In this document: positions 52,101-64,000 of the stretch, piece by piece | How the letters are laid out: each line of letters opens with the position of its first letter | How positions within the stretch are numbered: position 1 is the first letter of the stretch | From: Squalus acanthias | Taxonomy: Eukaryota | DNA: 64,000 bases | NCBI GenBank assembly: GCA_030390025.1 | Contig: CM059446.1 | Coordinates: forward strand, 42,284,001 to 42,348,000 | Reading direction: 5' to 3' | Notes under the pieces: generated by a model | Databases searched by the model: none | The model's input: only the letters and a program-made list of their open reading frames with translations | Told to the model about the DNA's origin: nothing | Translations under genes and position numbers: made by a program

Positions 52101-53193
52101 GGTTCTTGCTTCAGCAGCTCTCAAAGGAATAGCCTGAAGAAAAATACTGTCTCCTCAACCCAAAAAAAAAAGCCAACTAACTACACCCACAAGAAACACT
52201 TCTCATCTCTTCTGATAACAAATTAGAAAAAAAATAAAATTTTTATGCAAGAGAAATGGGTGATATAATTTAGGAACGACCACTGCAACTAGATAAACTC
52301 TATTAAGTCAACTAGAGTTGTAGTTGGATAAGGAAGATAGATCTCCCATCACCCCTGCCACATAAAGACAGTTTTGCATGCAAATTAACATTCTTCACAC
52401 ATCAATTCATGAGAGACGAGTGTTTCTACAGTTTGACACACAAATTCCTACAATGAAGGTTTAGACTCGTGCTCCAGTTTGTTTCCTTCTTCGCCCCATC
52501 TATCAAATAAGCATTAATATCTTGCCACAGAAGAGGGCAATAAAACTAATGCACTAATCAAGAATTCCCTTGGCTCTTTCCTAGGCTGTGAAAAGCAGGA
52601 AATGGCCGGGGTGACACCCAATAAGCCACATTAGGTTGCATCAAAGCAGTTCTACTTGTGTGGCTGCTGTTCATTCATTCAAGAAAATGCACATGCTTTT
52701 ACTGTGCCTGGTCTGTTTAACGGGGCCTGTAAGTGATTGTTGGAACAGTTCATACAGTACATGAGCACTGCCTATGATTTACAAGTGTTTATATCTATAA
52801 TTCAAAATCAATAAGGCATTCACAAGAATCTCCACCAAACCACTAAGAAACCAAACGCATTTTGAAATTTATTTTCCAGTTTTAACAATGTTTCTTTTAA
52901 CTGGCTTAACCATTTGATGACCAAAATGTTGTTTGTTTTTTTTATAAACTGGCTAGTTAGATTTTAAGATGCATTTACAAATCAAGAAACGTTCTTCACA
53001 TTCTACACATTTCTTGAATTCTACTACCCAAGAATAACCTCACCATGCTGATATTACAATTGGTGAAATTCTTTGTTTGGATGTTGGAGGTTTTGAGTAC
53101 ATGGAAGGATCTCTCATACCAAACGATAACATGTTAAAAGCTTAGAACAACTTGTATTTATATAGCACATTTATTGTAGTAAACCATCCCAGT

Positions 53194-53665
53194 GTCAGCT
53201 GTGGCTCAGTGGGTAGCACACACACCTCTCAGTCAGAAGGTTGTGGGTTCGAGTCCCACTCCAGGGACTTGCGCACATAAAGCTAGGCTGACACTCCAGT
53301 GCAGTGCTGAGGGAGGGCAGCACTGTCGGAGGTGCTGTCTTTCGGATGAGACGTTAAACCGAGGCCCCGTCTGCTCTCTCAGGTGGATGTAAAAAATCCC
53401 ATGGTACTATTTTGAAGAAGAGCAGGTGAGTTATCCCCAGTGTCCTGGCCAATATTTATCCCTCAGCCAATATAACAAAAACAGATTATCTGGTCATTAT
53501 CATATTGCTGTTTGTGGGAGCTTGCTGTGCGCAAATTGGCTGCCGCGTTTCCCACATTACAACAGTGACTCCACTTCAAATAGTACTTCATTGACTGTAA
53601 AGCGCTTTGAGACGTCCGGCGGTCGTGAAAGGCGCTATAGAAATGCAAGTCTATTTTTTTCTTTT
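53194..53665 (+). mobile_element. Full-length tRNA-derived DeuSINE (SacSINE1-like)
   Basis: Highly similar to 26438-26901 along its length. Confidence 0.85.
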
Positions 53666-54817
53666 AAGGCACTTATTTAAAATTAAGAGAACAATATGGA
53701 AAATTCTGAAGAGGGTAAATGATCTAATCTTCATGAATGACTTTTACGTGAAGTTTAGAGTAGGCTATACTGTCCATGATAATATAGTGTCCCTTCTGCA
53801 TCTACAGAATATAAATTATGACTCCATAGCTGAAAATGTAAAATAAAAGGAAAAACGTGCGATTCACTGACCATCTCACTGGTGAACAGTGGTGGAATAC
53901 AGTGCCATTCAGATCAGGAAGATCCCAGGTCTTCACGGAGTGAACTGATCTCAGGCAAATTAGCAGGAGGGGCTCTACAACTAACCTGTGTCCCTCAGCT
54001 TTGGGAAGGGGGCAAAAGTGGTAAATCAGCAGATGCCCTGCTCCTGGTCACAACCCAGTGACCTCTGCTGGACAGCAAATGTGTGTGTGGATGTTGGGCG
54101 AGACTCCGCTGTGATGGCTCCATGGTTGAGACAATTTGCTGCCATTGTCTCAGCTCACTAATCGTGGCCACCTGGGTAAGGTACTGGAGGGCTACAATAC
54201 TTGTGCAATCACACTTGAGCACAAGTCACTTGTTAAAAAGGGGGGGGGGGGGGGGGGAGGAAAACTTAGGGGGCAACTTTTTTTATTAATAAAATTTCAG
54301 CTGCTCAAAAAAAAGTCCCGTCACCACGTCCACCATTCCACTTTCTATTACAGTACCAATTTATCTCATCTCCAGTACAATCTCAACTGGAGCAGAAATA
54401 GGGCACTACAATTGTTTTCAGTGCCTCGGAGTTGGGTGGGAAATTTCAACCAGGCCTCCAACTTCTAACTGCTGTCCAGCAACCCATGCTAGAAGTGCAT
54501 GTTTGGACATTGAGTGAGGTGAACATCTGCCTTAGTCATCATGCCGTCTGGATTCAAATAGTCTGTTGACACTGGGCAGAACGGAGAGGGTACTTGGCAC
54601 CCATGAAATTGCACACCAGCATGGAGCTGGTGCCTTTAGAAGCAGAGGAGGGAGGAAAGAGGAAAGGAAAAGTGCCATTTTATTTGCAATTAATGTTTTT
54701 ATACTGCATTTTTTTTTTGAAGAGGAACTAAAATTAGGTAGTTTACAAATTAACACTACATAGAACGGGAGCTCATTAAATTTTGAACTTCAACTTTCAT
54801 TGAATCATAGGACTGTA

Positions 54818-54955
54818 CAGCACAGAACGAGGCCATTTAGCCCATCGTGCCTGTGCCGGCTCTTTGTAAGAGCTCTCCAATTAGTCCCATTCCCCTGCCC
54901 TTTCTCCATAGCTCTACAAATTTCCCCCCTTCAAGTATTTATCGAATTCCCTCTT
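54818..54955 (-). mobile_element. CR1 LINE 3' end fragment
   Basis: Similar to 33485-33630 (gtgcctgtgccggctcttt...agagctctccaattagtccca). Confidence 0.7.
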
Positions 54956-57900
54956 GAGCGTTATTTGGAGAGACCCTTCCAAAATTTAGATTAATCAATT
55001 GTGCGTCAAATGTGATCCACAACTTCTTATTTTTCAAATCCAATAAAAAGAATGATACTGGCCAACATCATTTGTTTGCACATCACACGGATCTAATCCG
55101 GCACCGGCAGTGACACGATGGGCCAAATATGTCGTCCTTCTGTGCTGTAGGATTCTATGATAAACTTTTTCTCCTGTAACTTCTGACGTGACGGGGAAAG
55201 AACTTTCCTTCGAGGTTCTAACTGTTCAGTCAAGGCAAGTAGATTCACATGCTCACTATCGGATTGGATAAATTAGACCAGATTTTAAATGCGTCAACTG
55301 CTGGATTTAAGTTATTGCACAGCATCGCCCTCATCAATGGCAGAACCACTAAAGTAGCCAACAAAGTGGAGGTTTGCATCATTCGTACACAAACTGCTCG
55401 AGTCAGCATCCTCAATTTTCCAATCAAAGAGACGACATTTAGGAACATGGCACATTCAGCAGGTAATCCTGCTGAATCCTGAATGTGTGTATATTGAACA
55501 ACAGCAACTGGAGTTTTGCACTGAATTGGAGAACAGTATAATGAACTTGCCTAATTTAAAAAGCATTTTCTATTGAAGTGCGTTTAGTGGTTAGTATTTA
55601 TCACTTTCATCGAGTAGCTTACACCTCAGTGAATCAAAAATAGGAACTGCATCACGCCGCTCACTGTCTCATGATTGCACAATGTTAGGTGACAATGACG
55701 AACATACCCAGTCTTTGTGTTCACTTTTTCTCTAACTCATGTACAAACACAACTTCCACTATCTAGTTATTCATCAACCAACTTGCTGGAAAGCAGTTTT
55801 AAAAAAAAATTAACATCTAATCCCCAGTCTGTGCTGTTAGCTAATATAGTGGTAGGGCAAGGGCTAGGGAGGGAAGAGATAGGAAAACTGGCCTGCGTGT
55901 TCCCCTCCCCATCGCTATCCCGAAACTGCTGCGGGAAGTGCATTTGTATATTGGGTGAAGACTGGGCTGTCATGCCCCCTGCATCAAAAGCTTGCCAATG
56001 AGGGTCATTGTAGAACCATACCCCAGGAAAGTGGGAAAGGAAAAACACTGGCCGAGGAATTTGACAAAATTAAGCCAGAGGATATTCTAACAGGATCTCT
56101 CACTGTTACCCTGTAACCAGAACTTACGAGTTTTTGAGCGACACTGTAAATCAGCTCTAGTCATTATTGATGAACACCTTAAATAAGCCAAAATAAAGCA
56201 CTACACAGTCAAAAAAACGTTGCCGGGAAAGAACTTATTGTAGATCATATTTCATCTCGAGCTGCTTGTCATGTTCACTCAAACAAAGGCAGGAGGTTAA
56301 CTGGTTGGATCTGCCTTTTAAAGCTCATTAGGTCCACTGGAAGGAAAAGCCAGCGTCTCTTTCTTCAGCAGCTCATAAGTTGTGCTCGAGTGAAACCTAC
56401 ATCAGAGAGAAAGAAACTATCTGCTGCCACAGCACTTCAGAGCTGACAAATGACACTGCTGATGGATTGTTCCTTAAATCCAAAACCAGTGCTCTCAGCA
56501 GCAACATGTCAGCCCCCCTGGAAAATGGAAACCAATTGGATAAGCAAGTGGCAGGAAATGGGATCCTCAAAATAAGCAATTTACTTCGACAGTGAATGCT
56601 TGCATTTAAAAAAAAAATTCATACAATGCGCATGCTCACTAGCAACTTTTTCAACAACAAAAAACTCAAAACAAGTTACATCCAGCAAGTGTTATTCAGT
56701 TGAAAGAAAAGTAGCAACATGAGAAATTAATCATTGACAACTGTCCATTTCTAAACCAGTGAACAAGTAGCACATCGTGCCATTGAGGTTTATTCAGGCT
56801 TAACAAAAGGGGAAAAAAAAGGCAGGTTGCTTATCTACCATCTGTGAAGATCAATAAAATATATCAGCATTAGTTTGGACACTAAGCAAAACATCAGCTT
56901 GATCAAGGCTACAAGAAACCACATCTGTGATCATTCAACACGAGTTTCTAAAGAAAAACTGTGAAGTGCAATGTAATGTCCATGTAATGTAAGTATATAT
57001 TTGGCCAACATCCACGTAGAAGATTATAAGAATGTTTCATAATCTGCCTATAATCATGAATCAAAGATGTTTTAACTGAAAGAATCATTGGACAGTTTAC
57101 CTACAGGATTTTCCTACAAGATTTATTTAAGCAATTTATATATTCAGTGCAATTGGCTTATGTTGACTAAATAAGCCACATTTTATTTTTATTACATAGG
57201 ATTCTTACCATTGTTTTAAATTATTGAATTCTGTGATTATGTGCCTTAATAATTAGGGTCTCTAAGTTTGTATTGATTGAATAAGTCAAATTCTGTTTCC
57301 ATTCTGGACTTTTACTGATGTTTTGCTGATTACATTCTGCAATTTTTCCTGTAAAGAAATGCAAGCAGCGGCCTTGATAATGTTCCTCATCCCCTAAAGA
57401 TGGCAACTCAAGCTAGATATGGTCCTCTGTGCAGAAATGGTCCTGCAGTACTTTGCCCATGTGGCCATTCGTCATGTGATCTGAGACGGTGAGCGTCAGT
57501 GGGCAATTTGATGAGGGGAGCCATGACAGCTGAGCCTGGTGCTGGCCTCACCCACATACAAGATTATAACATCTACATAAAAGATTAGAATTAGCTACAG
57601 GCTATAATGATGAAGCAATTTTTTAAAAACTGAAAGAATCACTGGACGATTTACATTTTCTAACAGTACAAGTTACTGAATAAGAACAGGAAACGTGGTA
57701 GATTTCCTCCCCCCCCCCCCCCCCCCCCCCCTCATCCTACCTGGGGAACACTGAGGACAACTGTATGCCCCACAGATACCTCAGCTTAGATCAACAAAGT
57801 CAGCATAGACCAAGGGTTTAATCTAGCGCCTGCTCGCTCAGTAACATATCAAATGGTGCATTTAGTCACGAGGTCATTGAGGAGTTGGCAAATTAGATTT

Positions 57901-59763
57901 AAAAAAATAAAATACAGGTTGCTGTAAAACACAAGGGTTTTACACCTTGCTACTTGGAGTCCTAATCACAAAATGGTTGTCAAAGCAATACAAGGACAAT
58001 GAAATATACATTTTTAAACTACTGCAATTTTTTTAAAAAATCATACAAATTGCTTTAGGCAAGGGCTGGACATGAGTCATGATTTACTGATTTTAATTAT
58101 AATGCTTAACTCCTACCAACATGTTATGTCATAGATGTCAGTCTTTTTTTAATATTCATATAACACACTCAGAACTACTTGTGATAATATCTATATATTT
58201 TAGTTTATATAAAATGGTCATTCTCCCAGCACCTTGATTCGAATCAGTTGATTTGATAAACCCAAGTTTCTGTCAGAGGGGCAGTCCAGTACTTTGACTC
58301 GCCCATTTTCATTCCATATTCTCACTACAAAAACAGATTGGAACAAATTCCAGAGTGGACAGAGACTGGAATACTGACTCCTGGCACCCTGCTTTCTTTA
58401 TGAACACCACAATCTAAAGTCCAGCACATCCACTGTAAAAGCTCAAGATACTGCCTTTTGCTGACTCGAATGGAGTTCATTTTGCAGTGGAATGCAGCCT
58501 GATCTTCTGCAAATCAGAGCCGACTCAAAAGGGTCATTTTGTCACTTCATATGCAAATAGCCATAAACCCACTGCATGCTGTGATCAAGGGAAATGGAGA
58601 GTGGCAAACAAGCAGAAGAGAACACACATACTCCTCACGTATGATCAGGCAGAACTTGTGAACTTTTCTTCTGCTAGTCTCTGCCCAAACCCTGTCTGAC
58701 CTTAACCACCAACACAGCTAAAAATCACTGCAATCAGACACTGACTGCCCCAGAAGGAAGGATTTTTCCCCCTATTAAAGACTTTATAACAATTCTGCCA
58801 AAACATCTATGTCTTTATGATTAGGGGTGAGTTAATAATAGAGCAAGCTGATCATTTTTAAAACTTTAATTTGCTCGCAAAAATAAGCCACTCAAATCAA
58901 GCAGAATCCCCTTTTCTTACTTTTAAAATGAATGTTTCTCAAAAAATGGATTCCTTCAAAAAAGGTACTTGAAGGAATGAATGTGCTAGTAGAATGAACT
59001 AAATTAATCAGATAGATGGAGGCGATCGTTTGTTGCTAGGGTGGTTAGCAAAGCCTGCTAGAGTTCACTGACCACTGCCAAAAGATAACAAAGCCAATTC
59101 TCCTATGAATAGCCTGGCCCCAGAACCCAGGGGTCAATGGGTAGCCCCTGCAAAGGCTTTGTGGCAGTGTCTAAGTTTTCAGGTTATTGTGCTGACCATA
59201 CCATCATTTTAAAGATGTCACTGGTTTGCCAAAGGGGGAAGGGACCAACTTTCCTACAGCTCTTTTGTCCAGAAAAAAAATTATTTTTAAAAAACCTGGT
59301 ACCATCCAAACTAAGGACATTTTATATTGTCGAAAACACGAGGTTAAAATTAACTCGTTTTGATCTTGGAGACATTTATCAGTTTTAGATTCTGCCTACT
59401 TAACGGGTTATTCCCTCACATCCATTATGGTGTAGAAACAGTTGTCTACAGACAAAAGGAATACAGTTAGTACTACAGTATTGCATCAGAGGTGCAATAA
59501 GGATTGATTTATAAGGTTTAGACCACAATTAGCTTCAATAGCCAGATCAATTACAGAATGAAATATTGTCTTTAGCAAAACAGAAACCCCACTCAGCTGT
59601 CTACTGTCTATTGCATTTTGCCTAAAACGTTCTCAGCAGTATTTTCCAGTTCATACATCAACATCCTCAGCCGTCTCTTCTACAAACATGCAGATAGCAA
59701 ATCAACTAAAATATCAAAACTAAATGAAGACGGCCGTACTTTTTTCAAAAATAGTATTAAATA

Positions 59764-59858
59764 CTGACGAAAGGTCATCGACCTGAAACGTTAACTCTGT
59801 TTCTCTCTTCACAGATGCTGCCTGACCTGCTGAGTGTCTCCAGCATTTTCTGTTTTTA
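59764..59858 (+). mobile_element. Single-arm family A hammerhead mini-element
   Basis: Begins exactly at CTGACGAAAGGTCATCGACCTGAAACGTTAAC. 9-bp direct repeat tattaaata at 59755-63 and 59859-67. Confidence 0.8.
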
Positions 59859-61979
59859 TATTAAATAAATTATATTACTTTTCATGTCATATATATGAGA
59901 TCAGAGGAAAATGCAGTAGAACACATACATAAATTGTTCTTCAAGTATTTTTCCCAAAGAGCTTCCCCAGATGTGGAACTGAGCTTTGTGAACCAGAAAG
60001 TCGGCCTGTCTGACGAGTTCGTTCGTGATCATACCCAGGGCAATGGTAGCAGGCAGCAACCCTGGGTAAGGGAGGATAGGGGAGGGGGAAAAGAAGTTGC
60101 CTCTCCTGATTGTCATCCGGTGACAAAAATGCACGTGTGGATTTTGCACTAGAATAGGATCAGGATCACATGAGATGTCACAGTCGAATAGCCTACCAGC
60201 TCATACATAAAGAATGCCCATTGGGAGAGGTACCAGAGGACAGACAGAGCCCATGGGACTGTTTCCAAACCTTCATGAGGAGTAGAAAACTGGAGACAGG
60301 ATTTTTTTTAAGTTTCTAAAGCAGAGGCCAATTTGGTCAAAATAATTCACATCATGAGATCCACATTCCTACGCTAATTGACATTAATTGTGGTTAATAT
60401 AATTTTAAGATAGATTTTTTGTACCACTTGCACCTTAATATAGAAGGACCACAATAACTGTAGCCAGCACATCGGGAACAGAGTGTCACTTTAAATAATG
60501 GTGGAAGTTGGGATTCGTTGTTACTCACTATGAAACAGAGTACGATAACTTTCATTAGCACTGTGCCCTCCTGCTCCCATTCATCAAACACTCTGACCAC
60601 AGCCTTTGCATTTAATCAGTGCTTTGAAGTAATTTAATGCTTTGCATGTTTAGAACCAAACAAAGAAGTTTCTACTTAATTAATATTTTTTCTATGAATT
60701 CATTAGTAGCCAGATTCCAATATGCAGGAAGCCGATCACTAAAAAGCAGCTCGATAGTCCGCTGAATGATTTAACAAAGCTTGACGTTTCCAGTTTTTTG
60801 CCCATGGCTGAATGACATACACAAGCTTTATACATAAAATGATGAATGCCTGTCATTGTGTAGATAAACTCAATGACTGCTATTGAAGTGAGGCAGTGAT
60901 AACACAAGTTTTAGCCTAGGGGCTATGTTACACTTATAACGCCAACAATGGAAAGGGTTTTCTGAGTGAAAACCGCAATTTAAAAACGGGTACAGTAACT
61001 CATCAAATTATTTGTCTGTTAAGTCAATGTTATGCAGCGCTCAAAAGTGGTGGTGATGTAACCATAAATGCTAGTTTGGGAAATATACAGTTGATGCCAT
61101 AATTAATACCCTTTTAACCCCCATCTTCAGATGCCTCACTTTTTTTTGCCAAAATGTCAGCATTCTAAACGGAAGCAATTTTTCCTGGCGAGGGCAAAAG
61201 GTTACACTGATTAAATGTCAATAACTGAGATTCACAGTAACCTGATAGCCCAAGGCTACGAAAAAATAGCCAGGCTACTAAATTGTAATTCTTGGGTATC
61301 CTGCTGGCTACCTTTTCTATTCATACGAAGACTGCTGCAGGAACTAGATTGCCATATGACAAAACCCACGCTAAAATGCATCAGATTTTTTTTTAACCTT
61401 TTTAACAAAATCAACAAAGGGAGAAAGTCTGAACAATGTATCTATATAGTTCATTGGAGGGCACTACCAGGCCGCTTGGTGAGCTGATAATGCTGATCAA
61501 TAATAAGTCAGATTGGACCTCCCCAAAATGAACAGACATTGCCAGTATTGTTTAGTTAAAATCTAAACAATACTGATGGAAAAAGGGAGTAATGTGGTGG
61601 CATCAGATATCACTTGATTATCATTTTTACTGTCAAACTGTAAAAATTGATGGGACACCCACTGGTCCAACACCAACTAAACTCTCCAACCTTTGTGAAT
61701 TTTGTCATTACTGGTGAAAATGAGTATGGCTCACTCTTTTTTAAATGTGGGTTTAATATCAAGGACTCCCAAGTCAGATACAGCAAGCTTATATACAGGG
61801 TAAACTGCTTAACACAACCTAACTAGACTATATTTACTGCATTTGTTGAAATTTCCATTTCCTAGTCTACCCACCTTCTTGGCCTCTGGGGTAAATTCAG
61901 CAGTAAATCTTCAGTCACACTCAAGCATAAGCTGGGCCGTTACGTGCTACAGACTTGCGCCTATAGAAGCTGGGAGCAC

Positions 61980-62110
61980 ACCGCCCAAACTCATTTGACT
62001 GACCATTTTTGGCCATCAGAGCCAGGGGACTTTCATCTCATTAGTCTAGGCTAGATGCAAATCTAGGTCCCAGGAGGTGAAAGGTCCCATATGTTGGCTC
62101 ACTGTTTAGT
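61980..62110 (-). mobile_element. LF-SINE-like 5' fragment
   Basis: Minus strand ctttcacctcctgggacctagatttgcatctagcc...gatgaaagtcccct...caaatgagtttggg resembles the recalled LF-SINE head. A related + fragment lies at ~63660-63790. Confidence 0.4.
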
Positions 62111-62240
62111 ACAGGCTGGATTCCAAAATAAAGCCAACCCACTCCTCAAATGAGATTTCAATCTTCCCGTCTCCTGTTTTTTTTTTAAGAAGTGAGAAGT
62201 TGCACAACACCAGGTTATAGTCCAACAGTTTTATTTGAAA

Positions 62241-62278
62241 TCACAAGCTTTCAGAGCGGCTGCTCCTTCATCAGGTGA
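62241..62278 (-). ncRNA. Minimal type I hammerhead ribozyme motif (family B, opposite strand)
   Basis: Minus strand reads TCAC-CTGATGA-A-GGAGC agcc GCTCT-GAAAGCTT-GTGA, with one G-U wobble in stem II. Confidence 0.75.
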
Positions 62279-62280
62279 CT

Positions 62281-62318
62281 TCACCTGACGAAGGAGCAGC
62301 CGCTCCGAAAGCTTGTGA
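62281..62318 (+). ncRNA. Minimal type I hammerhead ribozyme motif (family B)
   Basis: TCAC-CTGACGA-A-GGAGC agcc GCTCC-GAAAGCTT-GTGA. Stem I TCAC/GTGA, 5-bp stem II, palindromic AAGCTT stem III. Confidence 0.8.
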
Positions 62319-63865
62319 TTTCAAATAAAACTGTTGGACTATAACCTGGTGTTGTGCGACTTCTCACTTTTGTCCACCCCTGTCCAACACCGGCATCTCC
62401 GCATCATGGCTGGTTTTTTTTGAAAGCACTGAATTGTGCTCTGGTACATTTGTACAGGTACCATCAGCCCTCTGGTACCTTGCCCAAATTGCCATCCTTG
62501 ATGTAAAAGCCTATACAGCAAGTGTATTTGCCAGGAGGCTTTTAGAGCCACACCGATCCACTCTGGGGGGCGGCAGAGGGACAATATCTAACGCCCCTCC
62601 CTCGTCCAAGGCATTGAGTGCAACTGCAGTCCCATAACTGTTAGCGGAGCAGTGAGCAGCTAATGCAATACAACTATGGACTAAACCAGTGATCAGGCAC
62701 AGCATTCACCCACTCTTGTAGGTTTGCTACATGCGTTATTCACACTGAATACAACTTTTTGGGCTGAACGAATACCAGCTGGTGATAGCACAGCTTCAGC
62801 GATACATGAGTCCCTGTTCATTTAATTGATTTAGCATTATTCCATTATATATAAAACCCAATTAAGCCAGAATAATGCACCGTTCTAACCACATTACACA
62901 CATCACACACAAAGTAGTTCTATAAACAGTCCTTCTCCCATAAAGCTTAAAACTATCCATAGCTAAAACTACCTTCGAAAACTGGATACTTCAGCCTCTC
63001 CAGAGTTCATTTTCTTTCTGGATATATTGTGCAAGACTTGCTTTTTATTTTGCATTTCTTAAAAACTTGTGAAAAACCATTTGTAAATGACACTGCTTTG
63101 AATAGTCAACATTAATCTCCCTTCAGGCACAGTGTTTTGTTAAGTTCTCAATGGCAAAGTGAAGACTTTTCTGGAGGGTACCAAAATATTCAGAGCCAGA
63201 ACCACTGTGAGAAATGGTCATAAAAGGTTTTGTTATTATCCCAAACAAATCCGGGTTAAAAATGGATAATCTTAATGTTTCCACATGAAGCACTGCAAGC
63301 GATTATAAAGAATGCAACTCTTTAAAAAAAACTGAAAACATTACTGGGGCGGATATCTTTAATATAAAGGGTTATCCCTTCCTCAAGGTTAGGTTGAAAA
63401 AAAGGTCAACTTCTGCACTTCCTCACTCCAGCTGAACCTCTCCTCCCCCCTTTTAACAAGATGGTGCACCTACAGGACTCGTCACTGAACAGCTCTGCAG
63501 AAATAACACCAAGCAGCATCTTTTCTGGGTCTCAATGCTAAAACAGAGGTGGGTAAGCCAAGAAACTTCAGTACCATATACTGAGGATCCATAGCAGATG
63601 TTAGCTGAACCACTCATTTATCTACATGGGAAGGGGGGCAGAGGTAGGACTGCACTGTAGGTATTTCCCCCTACTTCTGTGACTTAGAGTTCAAATTCAA
63701 TACAATGAAGGTCTCCTCTGTCTGGTGGCTATGAGGTCTAATATGAAATGATTGAGCAATTTCAATCCAGTTTCTATTGGCATGGAAAAATGTAACACTG
63801 GTGAAGTAAAGTTATGCTGATAGAGTTAGATGAGGAAGGATGGGAGGAAGTTCAAGTGGAGTACA

Positions 63866-63927
63866 TCATGGGCTGGTTGGGCCAAATGGCCTGTTTCTGT
63901 GCTGTATATTCTATGTAATTCTATGTA
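63866..63927 (+). mobile_element. Short CR1 3' terminal fragment
   Basis: tgggccaaatggcctgtttctgtgctgtatattctatgtaattctatgtaa. Confidence 0.65.
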
Positions 63928-63941
63928 AAGGCTGCTCTTTT

Positions 63942-64000
63942 AAAATTGAGAAGTCGCACAACACCAGGTTATAGTCCAACAGCTTTATTTGAAATCACAA
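63942..64000 (-). mobile_element. Family B mini-element arm cut off by the window end
   Basis: tgagaagtcgcacaacaccaggttatagtccaacagctttatttgaaatcacaa matches the left arm at 62193-62246. Confidence 0.8.

Larger units (their letters stand above)
62190..62410. mobile_element. Palindromic hammerhead-bearing mini-element, family B (Penelope-like pLTR remnant)
   Basis: 89-bp inverted arms (62190-62278 / 62281-62369, 3 mismatches) plus a ~40-bp tail. Inserted in a T-rich site. Confidence 0.85.

Noticed and set aside
27488-64000. Expected upstream PRTG Ig1 exon and promoter
   Set aside because: No Ig-like ORF or CpG island recognised, so the region is treated as one long intron.

Overview
Vertebrate genomic DNA, most likely from a shark or other elasmobranch (HE1/V-SINE and SacSINE1/DeuSINE-like repeats). 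The only protein-coding gene I can support is protogenin (PRTG, DCC/neogenin-family Ig-FN3 receptor) on the minus strand. Nine internal exons lie between 11981 and 27487 and encode Ig domains 2-4, FN3 repeats 1-2 and most of FN3 repeat 3. All have GT-AG boundaries and compatible phases. The 5' exons and the 3' exons (remaining FN3, TM, cytoplasmic) were not found, so the rest of the window is taken to be intronic. The introns hold DeuSINEs, an HE1 SINE, CR1 and L2 LINE fragments, an old tRNA-SINE family and PIF/Harbinger-type MITEs. The most striking signal is two unrelated families of short (95-235 bp) non-coding insertions, at least 6 copies, most flanked by target-site duplications. They carry minimal type I hammerhead ribozyme motifs (CUGANGA...GAAA with a palindromic dimer-type stem III). 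Several are near-perfect head-to-head palindromes, two with a hammerhead core on each strand, and they resemble Penelope-like element pLTR+tail remnants. Most listed ORFs outside the PRTG exons are spurious.
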